Assembly (NCBI RefSeq): GCF_003334785.1
Contig: NZ_QOWV01000007.1
DNA: 64,000 bases
Reading direction: 5' to 3' (one strand)
DNA from: Escherichia coli
GTDB taxonomy: Bacteria; Pseudomonadota; Gammaproteobacteria; Enterobacterales; Enterobacteriaceae
Made by a program: the position numbers and the translations under genes. The notes under the pieces are model-generated. The model did not search any database. It was not told the origin of the DNA and saw nothing but the letters and a program-made list of their open reading frames with translations. Below, one piece after another: positions 32,354-44,227 of the stretch (position 1 is its first letter; each line of letters opens with the position of its first letter).

Positions 32354-34246
32354 TTACATCACCAGACGGCGAATGTCAGACAGCGTGTTGTTAATGATGG
32401 TAATGAAACGGGCACCATCAGCACCGTCGATCACGCGGTGGTCGAAGGAGAGAGAAATCGGCAGCATCAGACGCGGCACGAACTCTTTACCATTCCACAC
32501 CGGCTCCATCGCGGACTTGGAAACGCCGAGGATAGCCACTTCCGGCGCGTTCACAATCGGCGCGAAGTGGGTAGTACCCAGGCCGCCGATGCTGGAGATG
32601 GTGAAGCAACCGCCCTGCATTTCGCCCGCAGTCAGCTTACCGTCACGCGCTTTCTTAGAAATAGTCATCAGCTCGCGAGACAGCTCGATGATGCCTTTCT
32701 TGTTGACGTCTTTGAATACCGGAACAACCAGACCGTTCGGGGTATCCACCGCCACACCGATGTTGATGTATTTCTTCAGGGTCAGACGCTGACCGTCTTC
32801 CGACAGCGAACTATTGAAGCGAGGCATCTGCTCAAGAGCTGCAGCAACGGCTTTCATGATGAAGACAACCGGGGTGATCTTCACATCCAGCTTACGTTTC
32901 GCCGCTTCTTCGTTCTGCTGTTTACGGAACGCTTCCAACTCGGTGATATCGGTTTTGTCGAAGTGAGTAACATGCGGGATCATTACCCAGTTACGGCTCA
33001 GGTTCGCACCAGAGATTTTCTGGATGCGGCCCAGTTCCACTTCTTCGATTTCACCAAACTTGCTGAAGTCCACCTTCGGCCACGGCAGCATGCCAGGGAT
33101 ACCACCGCCAGTCGCTGCCGGAGCTGCTTCTGCACGTTTGATAGCTTCTTTCACGTAAGCCTGAACGTCTTCGCGCAGGATACGACCTTTACGGCCAGTG
33201 CCCTTCACTTTCGCAAGGTTAACACCAAACTCGCGTGCCAGACGGCGGATCAGCGGAGTCGCGTGAACATAAGCGTCGTTTTCAGCAAATTCAGATTTGC
33301 CTTCCGCTTTCGCAGCTGGTGCTGCTGCCGGGGCTTCAGCTTTTGCTGCCGGTGCCGGCGCTGCCGCTTCCTGTTTCGCAGGAGCTGCCGCAGGCGCTGC
33401 GCCTTCAACTTCGAAGATCATAATCAGCGAGCCAGTTTTCACTTTATCGCCAACGTTGACTTTCAGTTCCTTCACGACGCCTGCAAACGGCGCCGGAACT
33501 TCCATAGAAGCTTTGTCGCCTTCTACGGTGATCAGTGACTGTTCAGCGGCAACTTTGTCGCCCACTTTCACCATCACTTCAGTCACTTCAACTTCGTCAC
33601 CGCCGATATCCGGAACGTTAACTTCTTTCACGCCAGCCGCTGGTGCAGGGGCCGCTGCCGGAGCTGCTTCCTGTTTAGCGGCCGGAGCTGCCGCGCCTGC
33701 TTCACCCGCGACTTCGAAGACCATAATCAGCGAGCCGGTAGACACTTTATCACCCACGTTCACTTTGATCTCTTTCACGGTGCCAGCAAACGGAGCCGGA
33801 ACTTCCATAGAAGCCTTGTCGCCTTCTACGGTGATCAGCGACTGTTCAGCTTCAACTTTATCGCCAACTTTCACCAGGATTTCGGTCACTTCAACTTCGT
33901 CGCTGCCGATATCCGGAACGTTAACGTCTTTTGCCGCCGCAGCCGCTGGTGCTGCTGCCGGAGCTGCTTCTTTCTTCTCTTCTGCCTGAGCAGGTGCAGC
34001 GTCTGCTGCACCGTCGGCGGAATCGAAAATCATAATCAGTGCGCCGGTCTGGGTTTTATCGCCAACAGAGACTTTGATCTCTTTAACGATACCCGCCTGC
34101 GGAGACGGAACTTCCATAGAGGCTTTGTCGCCTTCTACGGTGATCAGCGACTGTTCGGCTTCAACTTTGTCGCCCACTTTGACCAGGATCTCGGTGATTT
34201 CAACTTCATCAGCCCCGATGTCCGGTACTTTGATTTCGATAGCCAT
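32354..34246 (-). CDS. aceF: Pyruvate dehydrogenase E2 (dihydrolipoamide acetyltransferase) with three lipoyl domains
   Basis: 630 aa; three repeats of the lipoyl-lysine motif [13 protein letters not shown] joined by Ala/Pro-rich linkers. Confidence 0.95.
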
Positions 34247-34260
34247 TATTCTTTTACCTC

Positions 34261-36924
34261 TTACGCCAGACGCGGGTTAACTTTATCTGCATCGATGTTG
34301 AATTTGGCGATTGCGTCAGCAACCACTTTCTTATCGATTTCGCCACGTTTAGCCAGTTCGCCCAGCGCCGCAACCACGACATAAGAAGCATCAACTTCGA
34401 AGTGGTGACGCAGGTTCTCACGGCTGTCGGAACGACCGAAGCCATCAGTACCCAGTACGCGGTAGTCGTCAGCCGGTACGTAAGTACGGACCTGCTCAGC
34501 GAACAGTTTCATATAGTCGGTAGATGCCACTGCCGGAGCGTCGTTCATCACCTGAGCGATATACGGAACGCGCGGAGTTTCCAGCGGGTGCAGCATGTTC
34601 CAGCGTTCACAATCCTGACCATCACGCGCCAGCTCGGTGAAGGAGGTCACGCTATAAACGTCAGAACCTACGCCGTAATCTTTCGCCAGGATCTCAGCTG
34701 CTTCACGGACGTGACGCAGGATAGAACCGGAGCCGAGCAGCTGAACTTTACCTTTGCTACCTTCAATAGTTTCGAGTTTGTAGATACCTTTACGGATACC
34801 TTCCTCAGCACCTTCCGGCATTGCCGGCATGTGGTAGTTTTCGTTCAGCGTAGTGATGTAGTAGTAAACGTTCTCTTGTTTTTCACCGTACATACGCTCC
34901 AGACCGTCATGCATGATGACAGCAACTTCGTAAGCGTAAGCCGGGTCGTAAGAGATACAGTTCGGGATAGTCAGCGACTGAATGTGGCTGTGACCATCTT
35001 CGTGCTGCAGACCTTCGCCGTTCAGGGTGGTACGACCGGAAGTACCGCCGATCAGGAAGCCACGCGCTTGCTGGTCGCCAGCCGCCCAGCACAGATCGCC
35101 AATACGCTGGAAGCCGAACATCGAGTAATAGATGTAGAACGGGATCATCGGCAGATTGTTGGTGCTGTAAGAGGTCGCCGCTGCCAGCCAGGAACAACCT
35201 GCGCCCAGCTCGTTGATCCCTTCCTGCAGAATCTGACCTTTCTCGTCTTCTTTATAGTAAGCAACCTGCTCGCGGTCCTGCGGGGTGTACTGCTGACCGT
35301 TCGGGCTGTAAATACCAATCTGACGGAACAGACCTTCCATACCGAAAGTACGCGCTTCGTCGGCGATGATCGGTACCAGACGATCTTTGATCGACTTGTT
35401 CTTCAGCATCACGTTCAGAGCACGAACGAAAGCGATAGTGGTAGAGATCTCTTTGCTCTGCTCTTCCAACAGCGCGCCGAAGTCTTGCAGGCTCGGCAGC
35501 TCAAGCTTCTCGGTGAAGTTCGGCTGACGGCTTGGCAGATAACCGTGCAGTTTCTGACGCTGAGCGTGCAGATAGGTATGCTCTTCAGAACCTTCCGGGA
35601 AGGTGATGTACGGCAGTTTTTCGATATCTGCATCAGACACCGGCACATTGAAACGGTCGCGGATATGACGCACACCGTCCATGTTCATTTTCTTAACCTG
35701 GTGCGCGATGTTTTTACCTTCAGCCGCGTCGCCCATGCCGTAACCTTTAATGGTATGAGCAAGGATTACTGTCGCTTTGCCTTTGGTTTCCTGCGCTTTC
35801 TTGAATGCAGCGTAGATTTTCTTCGGATCGTGACCACCACGGTTCAGTGCCCAGATCTGCTCGTCAGTCCAGTCTGCAACCAGTGCTGCGGTTTCAGGAT
35901 ATTTACCGAAGAAGTGTTCACGAACGTACGCACCATCTTTCGATTTGAAGGTCTGGTAGTCGCCGTCAACGGTTTCGTTCATCAGCTGGATCAGTTTACC
36001 GCTGGTATCCTTACGCAGCAGTTCATCCCAACGGCTACCCCACATCACTTTGATCACGTTCCAGCCAGCACCTTCGAAGATGCCTTCCAGTTCGTTGATG
36101 ATCTTGCCGTTACCGGTGACCGGGCCGTCAAGACGCTGCAGGTTACAGTTGATAACGAAGACCAGGTTATCCAGTTTTTCACGGGTAGCGATGGTGATCG
36201 CACCTTTGGATTCCGGTTCGTCCATTTCACCGTCACCGAGGAACGCGTAAACGGTTTGTTTAGAGGTATCTTTCAGGCCACGGTGTTCCAGATATTTCAG
36301 GAATTTAGCCTGGTAAATAGCACCAATCGGACCCAGACCCATAGATACGGTCGGGAACTGCCAGAATTCCGGCATCAGTTTCGGGTGCGGATAGGAAGAG
36401 AGGCCATTGCCGTGAACTTCCTGACGGAAGTTATCCAGCTGCTCCTGAGTCAGACGACCTTCCAGGAAAGCACGAGCGTACACGCCCGGGGAGATGTGGC
36501 CCTGGAAGTAAACCAGGTCGCCGCCATCCTGCTCGTTGCGTGCACGGAAGAAGTGGTTAAAGCACACATCATAAATGGTTGCGGAAGACTGGAAGGACGC
36601 CATATGGCCGCCCAGTTCGAGGTCTTTTTTCGACGCACGCAGCACCGTCATGATGGCGTTCCAGCGGATAGCTGAACGAATACGGCGTTCCAGTTCCAGA
36701 TTACCCGGATACTCCGGTTGTTCTTCAACGGGGATGGTGTTGATGTAGTTGCTGATACCTGTGCCTGCGGCTACGTTTACACCGCCTTTGCGGGCTTCAG
36801 CAAGCAGTTGGTCGATCAGATACTGAGCACGCTCAACACCTTCTTCACGGATGACCGATTCGATCGCCTGGAGCCAGTCGCGAGTTTCGATCGGATCCAC
36901 GTCATTTGGGAAACGTTCTGACAT
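34261..36924 (-). CDS. aceE: Pyruvate dehydrogenase E1 component
   Basis: 887 aa, full-length match to thiamine-diphosphate-dependent E1. Confidence 0.95.
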
Positions 36925-37084
36925 GGGTTATTCCTTATCTATCTAATAACGTTGAGTTTTCTGGAACCTGTCCCATTGAACTCTCGCCGGAAAGCTCAAT
37001 AAGACAGGTTCTACGTTTAGTTGCCGCGCTTTTATATGCGCTTGATTTACAACATCTTCTGGATAATTTTTACCAGAAAAATCA

Positions 37085-37849
37085 CTAATTCTTTCGTTGC
37101 TCCAGACGACGCAGAGAACGCTCACGGCGGCTCTCTTCACGACTTCTGTCGAGCAAAATTTCTTCGATAAAGGCCAGATGGCGATGCGATGCTTCGCGCG
37201 CTTCTTCCGGCTTACCGGCCATAATCGCTTCAAATATGCGGGTGCGGTGACTACTCACCAGCGGCAGCATCTCGCGACGCGAATAGAGCAATTCGAAGTT
37301 CTGGCGGACATTCTGGGCCAACATCGGCTCCATACACCTTAGCAGATGAAGCAGAACCACATTGTGGGCCGCTTCGGTGACGGCAATCTGATACTGGAGT
37401 ACGGCGTTTGATTCCGCGTCCAGATCGCCAGACTGCTGCGCCAGCTCTATGGCGTGGTGGAGTTCACGGATGCGTTCCTTGTCTTCATCGGTACTACGCA
37501 GCGCGGCGTAATAAGCGGCGATACCTTCCAGGGCGTGTCGTGTTTCGAGCAAGTCATACTGTGACTCAGGATGGTCGGAGAGCAGCTCCACCAGCGGATC
37601 GCTGAAGCTTTGCCATAGGCTGCTCTGGACAAAAGTGCCGCCACCCTGGCGACGAAGCAACAAGCCCTTCGCTTCGAGACGTTGAATCGCCTCACGCAAG
37701 GAGGGACGGGAGACGTCAAACTGTTTTGCCAGTTCGCGTTCCGGTGGGAGTTTTTCGCCCGGGCGGAGAGTGCCTTCGAGGATCAAAAACTCCAGTTGCT
37801 GCTCAATCACATCGGAGAGTTTTGGTTGGCGGATTTTGCTGTAGGCCAT
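37085..37849 (-). CDS. pdhR: GntR-family pyruvate-responsive repressor
   Basis: ORF track trimmed to [14 protein letters not shown]; 254 aa with N-terminal HTH. Confidence 0.93.
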
Positions 37850-37880
37850 GAGTTCCTGTCTTAAGCCACTTGCCGAAGTC

Positions 37881-37897
37881 AATTGGTCTTACCAATT
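37881..37897. promoter_or_regulatory. PdhR operator (GntR-type palindrome AATTGGT-N3-ACCAATT)
   Basis: aattggtcttaccaatt read directly, 32 bp upstream of the pdhR start codon. Confidence 0.75.
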
Positions 37898-38301
37898 TCA
37901 TGTCTGTGACGCTAAAGTAACAAAGTATTCACCTTATGTCCATACAGGTTTTGATTGAAATCATGAAACTGTGCACATTTTAACAACTTGACATATATAA
38001 CGTTTCAAAGTTGTAACTATGCACAAATGTAGACTTTACGTAGGAAAGGAGTTTTTTAACGATTATTAAACTATAAAAATCCGAATTGAACCGATTCACT
38101 TACCAATTTTGTGATTTTTAATTCAATTAAAACGAATTTAAATTCATTCTACATATTGAGAGGGGTTGAGGCTGAGCTTTACAAACGGTTTCTTTTTAAG
38201 CAACTCATCTTCAACCATGCATAAAGCGGGTGCATTCGCTGCCGCATACCATTATTCTTGATCTGACGGAAGTCTTTTTGTAACAATTCAAACTTCTTTG
38301 A

Positions 38302-38319
38302 TGTAAACAAATTAATACA
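38302..38319 (+). promoter_or_regulatory. Candidate TyrR box upstream of aroP
   Basis: tgtaaacaaattaataca partly matches the TGTAAA-N6-TTTACA consensus, about 70 bp upstream of the aroP start. Confidence 0.35.
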
Positions 38320-38389
38320 ACAAACGGAATTGCAAACTTACACACGCATCACTGCGTAGATCAAAAAAACAACCACCGCACGAGGTTTC

Positions 38390-39763
38390 ATGATGGAAGG
38401 TCAACAGCACGGCGAGCAGCTAAAGCGCGGCCTTAAAAACCGCCATATTCAGCTTATCGCGCTGGGTGGCGCGATAGGGACCGGGTTATTCCTGGGTAGC
38501 GCCTCCGTAATACAGTCCGCAGGGCCAGGGATTATCCTGGGTTACGCCATTGCTGGTTTTATCGCCTTTCTGATCATGCGTCAGCTGGGTGAAATGGTGG
38601 TCGAAGAACCTGTCGCAGGCTCCTTTAGCCACTTTGCTTATAAATACTGGGGCAGTTTTGCCGGTTTCGCCTCTGGCTGGAACTACTGGGTACTGTACGT
38701 TTTAGTTGCCATGGCTGAGCTGACTGCCGTGGGTAAATACATTCAGTTCTGGTATCCGGAAATCCCCACCTGGGTTTCTGCCGCCGTATTCTTTGTGGTG
38801 ATTAACGCCATCAACCTGACCAACGTTAAAGTGTTTGGCGAGATGGAGTTCTGGTTTGCCATTATCAAAGTTATCGCGGTGGTAGCGATGATCATCTTCG
38901 GCGGCTGGCTGCTATTCAGTGGCAACGGCGGCCCGCAGGCGACCGTTAGCAACCTGTGGGATCAGGGTGGTTTCCTGCCGCACGGCTTCACCGGGCTGGT
39001 GATGATGATGGCGATTATCATGTTCTCGTTCGGTGGTCTGGAACTGGTGGGGATCACCGCAGCAGAAGCTGATAACCCGGAGCAAAGTATACCGAAAGCA
39101 ACTAACCAGGTTATCTACCGCATCCTGATTTTCTATATTGGTTCGTTAGCCGTTCTGCTCTCACTGATGCCGTGGACCCGCGTTACCGCCGATACCAGTC
39201 CGTTTGTGCTGATCTTCCACGAGTTAGGCGATACCTTTGTGGCGAATGCGCTGAACATCGTGGTACTGACTGCGGCGCTCTCCGTGTACAACAGCTGCGT
39301 ATATTGCAACAGCCGTATGCTGTTTGGTCTGGCACAACAGGGTAATGCGCCAAAAGCGCTGGCGTCTGTCGATAAACGTGGTGTACCAGTAAATACCATT
39401 CTGGTGTCTGCACTGGTAACGGCGTTGTGCGTACTGATTAACTACCTTGCCCCAGAGTCCGCTTTCGGACTGTTAATGGCGCTGGTGGTATCTGCACTGG
39501 TAATCAACTGGGCGATGATTAGCCTGGCGCATATGAAATTCCGTCGCGCCAAGCAGGAACAAGGCGTGGTAACTCGCTTCCCTGCTCTGCTTTATCCGCT
39601 GGGTAACTGGATCTGCCTGCTGTTTATGGCGGCGGTACTGGTGATTATGCTGATGACCCCAGGAATGGCGATTTCGGTATACCTGATCCCGGTATGGCTG
39701 ATCGTGTTAGGTATCGGCTATCTGTTTAAAGAGAAAACCGCCAAAGCCGTAAAAGCGCATTAA
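38390..39763 (+). CDS. aroP: Aromatic amino acid permease (APC family)
   Basis: 457 aa, 12 predicted transmembrane helices. Confidence 0.95.
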   Translation: MMEGQQHGEQLKRGLKNRHIQLIALGGAIGTGLFLGSASVIQSAGPGIILGYAIAGFIAFLIMRQLGEMVVEEPVAGSFSHFAYKYWGSFAGFASGWNYWVLYVLVAMAELTAVGKYIQFWYPEIPTWVSAAVFFVVINAINLTNVKVFGEMEFWFAIIKVIAVVAMIIFGGWLLFSGNGGPQATVSNLWDQGGFLPHGFTGLVMMMAIIMFSFGGLELVGITAAEADNPEQSIPKATNQVIYRILIFYIGSLAVLLSLMPWTRVTADTSPFVLIFHELGDTFVANALNIVVLTAALSVYNSCVYCNSRMLFGLAQQGNAPKALASVDKRGVPVNTILVSALVTALCVLINYLAPESAFGLLMALVVSALVINWAMISLAHMKFRRAKQEQGVVTRFPALLYPLGNWICLLFMAAVLVIMLMTPGMAISVYLIPVWLIVLGIGYLFKEKTAKAVKAH

Positions 39764-39772
39764 TCTCTCTAC

Positions 39773-39797
39773 GCCCTCACCCGTACAGGGTGAGGGC
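39773..39797. terminator. Perfect hairpin between convergent aroP and ampE
   Basis: gccctcaccc-gtaca-gggtgagggc (10-bp stem) read directly. Confidence 0.55.
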
Positions 39798-39805
39798 AAT
39801 AATCT

Positions 39806-40660
39806 TTACACCAACGCCCCGTAAATCGTCAGTAGTGCAATCACCACCACGACTACGAACGAGGTTTTCTTCGCCATTGAAACCGCTGCCTTCGGCGTCT
39901 CCACCTTATCGACATGCGGTTCACGCGCCAGAGAGAACTGCGCCAGACGCGTTAACACCTGATACTGCGAAGTATGGAAATCACCCAGCGAAGCAAACCA
40001 GGCCGGTAACGCTTTCTCACCATGACCGATCAAGGCATATACCACACCCGCAAGACGAACCGGCACCCAATCCAGTACATGAAGCACGGCATCAATGCCG
40101 GACTGTAAACGATGATGCGGCGTCTGATATCGCGCCAGCCAGTATTGCCATGCACGCAAAAACGCATACCCCATCAGCGTAACGGGTCCCCAGGTTCCCC
40201 CCACAATCAGCCAGAACAGCGGTGCAAGATAAAAACGAAAGTTAATCCACAGCAATGCATTTTGCAGCTCACGCAAATACTCACGTTCGTCGCAGCCTGC
40301 CGGGACGCCGTGAATCATGGTGAGTTCGCCAGCCATCGTGGCACGGGCATGGCTATCATTACGTGAAGCAGCTGTCAGATAAGCATGATAATGAAGACGA
40401 ACTTTACCTGCGCCAATACACAGCAAACCAATCAGCAGCCACACCAGTAGCGTGGGAACGTTGAACAATACTCCCTGCAATGCGCGTAACAGTAAAAAAG
40501 TCACGCCCATCGCAATAATGGTCATGCCTAACGTGCGCCCGAGAGAAAAATGTTTCACCCGCCGAAAGAACGCTTCAAGACGATGATCAAGCTGCCAGTG
40601 CTCGCCCAACTTAAACAGGCGCTCGAAAATTAACACCAGTAAGGTTGTAAATAGCGTCAT
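39806..40660 (-). CDS. ampE: Inner-membrane AmpE protein
   Basis: ORF track trimmed to [15 protein letters not shown]; 284 aa; start overlaps ampD stop by 4 nt. Confidence 0.9.
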
Positions 40661-41208
40661 GTTGTCTCCTTGCTGACCAGCACACGAAACCGTGCCCAAT
40701 CAAATGCAGGACCGGGATCGGTTTTCCGATCCGGCGCAATATCACAATGGCCCGTCATGTTTTTAGCGATATCCGGATAGCAATCAATCAGTGCCCGCGT
40801 AACCGCCGCAAGCTGTTGATACTGCGCATCGGTATACGCCAGCGTATCGGTGCCTTCAAGCTCAATCCCAATAGAAAAATCATTGCAGCGTTCGCGCCCC
40901 TGATACTGAGAGACTCCCGCATGCCATGCACGTTTATCGAAAGGAACATACTGGACTATTTCACCATCACGGCGAATCAAACAGTGAGCGGAGACGCGCA
41001 AATGGGCGATCTCAGCAAAGAAAGGATGTGCCTGCGGATCAATAGTTCCAGTGAATAATGCGTCGATCCACGGACCGCCAAACTCGCCTGGCGGCAGGCT
41101 AATATTGTGCACCACCAGCAGGGTGGGTGTTTCGTCATCCGGGCGGCAATCGTAATGTGGTGAGGGAACGCGGCGCGCGCCAACCAGCCACCCCTGTTCT
41201 AACAACAT
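40657..41208 (-). CDS. ampD: 1,6-anhydro-N-acetylmuramyl-L-alanine amidase
   Basis: 183 aa, amidase_2 family, full-length match. Confidence 0.95.
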
Positions 41209-41235
41209 GCAGGATCTCCTTATATGTGGTGCTAA

Positions 41236-42189
<954 letters not shown>

Positions 42190-42391
42190 TAGTTGACAGA
42201 TTTATCCGCTCCATCGCGGGCGGATAATCTCCCCTTCCCCAACTTTCTTCGTAACGCCTCGCAAATTTCTTGTCTTTCGCTGCAACGAAATAAAAAACCT
42301 CGGAATCTGCTTTCCCGTTTCGTTTTTTGCCCCTCGCCTGTGCTGATGGCGTTTGCCAAAGTAGCGCCAACCAAATCAAGGAGCGAAACAG

Positions 42392-42832
42392 ATGGACAAG
42401 CAACGCGGTTTTACACTTATCGAACTGATGGTGGTTATTGGCATCATTGCCATTTTAAGCGCCATTGGTATTCCCGCTTATCAAAACTACCTGCGCAAAG
42501 CCGCACTCACCGACATGCTACAAACCTTTGTGCCTTACCGTACCGCCGTAGAGTTGTGCGCGCTGGAACATGGTGGATTAGATACCTGCGACGGTGGCAG
42601 CAATGGCATTCCCTCGCCTACCACCACCCGCTATGTTTCAGCCATGAGTGTGGCAAAGGGCGTGGTGTCGCTGACCGGGCAAGAAAGTCTCAATGGGCTA
42701 AGCGTCGTCATGACACCGGGTTGGGATAACGCAAACGGCGTCACCGGCTGGACGCGCAACTGCAATATTCAAAGTGACAGCGCATTGCAGCAAGCCTGCG
42801 AAGATGTCTTCCGCTTTGATGACGCCAACTAA
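42392..42832 (+). CDS. ppdD: Type IV prepilin (major pilin-like)
   Basis: 146 aa; N-terminal prepilin motif MDKQRG/FTLIELMVVIGII with the conserved E at +5. Confidence 0.93.
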   Translation: MDKQRGFTLIELMVVIGIIAILSAIGIPAYQNYLRKAALTDMLQTFVPYRTAVELCALEHGGLDTCDGGSNGIPSPTTTRYVSAMSVAKGVVSLTGQESLNGLSVVMTPGWDNANGVTGWTRNCNIQSDSALQQACEDVFRFDDAN

Positions 42833-42841
42833 GGAGCGGCA

Positions 42842-44227
42842 ATGAATATTCCACAGCTCACTGCCCTGTGTCTGCGTTATCATGGAGTCTTGCTGGATGC
42901 CAGCGAAGAGGTGGTTCATGTTGCGGTAGTCGATGCACCTTCGCATGAGCTACTGGACGCATTGCATTTCGCTACCACCAAACGTATTGAGATCACCTGC
43001 TGGACGCGCCAACAAATGGAAGGTCACGCCAGTCGCACACAACAGACATTGCCCGTAGCTGTTCAGGAGAAGCATCAGCCCAAAGCAGAGTTGCTAACTC
43101 GAACGTTACAATCTGCGCTGGAACAACGCGCGTCTGATATTCATATCGAACCAGCGGACAATGCCTACCGCATCCGCTTGCGTATCGACGGCGTATTGCA
43201 TCCTTTACCGGATGTTTCACCGGATGCCGGAGTCGCATTAACCGCCAGATTAAAAGTGCTGGGAAACCTGGATATTGCGGAACATCGCCTGCCGCAGGAC
43301 GGGCAATTCACTGTCGAACTGGCAGGAAACGCCGTCTCATTTCGTATTGCGACCTTACCATGTCGGGGTGGTGAAAAGGTGGTATTAAGGTTGTTACAGC
43401 AGGTGGGTCAGGCACTGGATGTCAACACGCTTGGAATGCAGCCGTTACAACTGGCGGACTTTGCTCATGCCTTGCAACAACCACAGGGACTGGTGCTGGT
43501 AACTGGCCCTACCGGCAGCGGCAAAACGGTCACGCTTTATAGTGCCCTGCAAAAGCTGAATACCGCTGACATTAATATTTGTAGCGTCGAAGATCCAGTT
43601 GAGATCCCCATAGCCGGACTAAACCAGACGCAAATCCATCCGCGTGCCGGACTCACCTTTCAGGGCGTTTTGCGTGCGTTATTGCGCCAGGATCCTGACG
43701 TCATCATGATCGGAGAGATCCGCGATGGCGAAACAGCAGAGATCGCTATTAAAGCGGCGCAAACTGGTCACCTGGTGTTGTCTACCCTACACACTAATTC
43801 CACCTGCGAAACGCTGGTACGTTTACAGCAAATGGGGGTCGCCCGCTGGATGCTATCATCGGCGCTTACGCTGGTAATAGCCCAGCGTCTGGTACGCAAA
43901 CTTTGCCCACATTGTCGCCGGCAGCAAGGGGAGCCCATCCACATTCCAGACAATGTATGGCCATCGCCGCTGCCCCACTGGCAGGCACCCGGTTGTGTAC
44001 ATTGCTACCACGGTTTTTATGGTCGTACGGCCTTATTTGAAGTTCTGCCCATAACGCCGGTCATTCGTCAGCTTATTTCCGCTAATACCGACGTTGAATC
44101 GCTGGAAACGCACGCACGACAGGCGGGTATGCGTACGCTTTTTGAAAACGGCTGCCTGGCCGTAGAGCAAGGCTTAACCACCTTTGAAGAGTTAATCCGC
44201 GTACTGGGGATGCCGCATGGCGAGTAA
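42842..44227 (+). CDS. hofB: Type IV pilus/type II secretion family assembly ATPase (PilB/GspE-like)
   Basis: 461 aa; Walker A GPTGSGKT and C-terminal tetracysteine CPHC...CVHC. Confidence 0.93.
   Translation: MNIPQLTALCLRYHGVLLDASEEVVHVAVVDAPSHELLDALHFATTKRIEITCWTRQQMEGHASRTQQTLPVAVQEKHQPKAELLTRTLQSALEQRASDIHIEPADNAYRIRLRIDGVLHPLPDVSPDAGVALTARLKVLGNLDIAEHRLPQDGQFTVELAGNAVSFRIATLPCRGGEKVVLRLLQQVGQALDVNTLGMQPLQLADFAHALQQPQGLVLVTGPTGSGKTVTLYSALQKLNTADINICSVEDPVEIPIAGLNQTQIHPRAGLTFQGVLRALLRQDPDVIMIGEIRDGETAEIAIKAAQTGHLVLSTLHTNSTCETLVRLQQMGVARWMLSSALTLVIAQRLVRKLCPHCRRQQGEPIHIPDNVWPSPLPHWQAPGCVHCYHGFYGRTALFEVLPITPVIRQLISANTDVESLETHARQAGMRTLFENGCLAVEQGLTTFEELIRVLGMPHGE

Noticed and set aside
32309-33989. 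Plus-strand ORFs of 409 and 230 aa with Ala-rich repeats
   Set aside because: Antisense to aceF; the repeats are simply the reverse complement of the triplicated lipoyl-domain and linker coding DNA.
34402-36675. 757-aa ORF on the plus strand, plus smaller plus-strand ORFs
   Set aside because: Lies entirely antisense to aceE, whose minus-strand product is a full-length conserved E1 enzyme. The antisense translation is compositionally odd and has no start-site context, so it is a shadow ORF.
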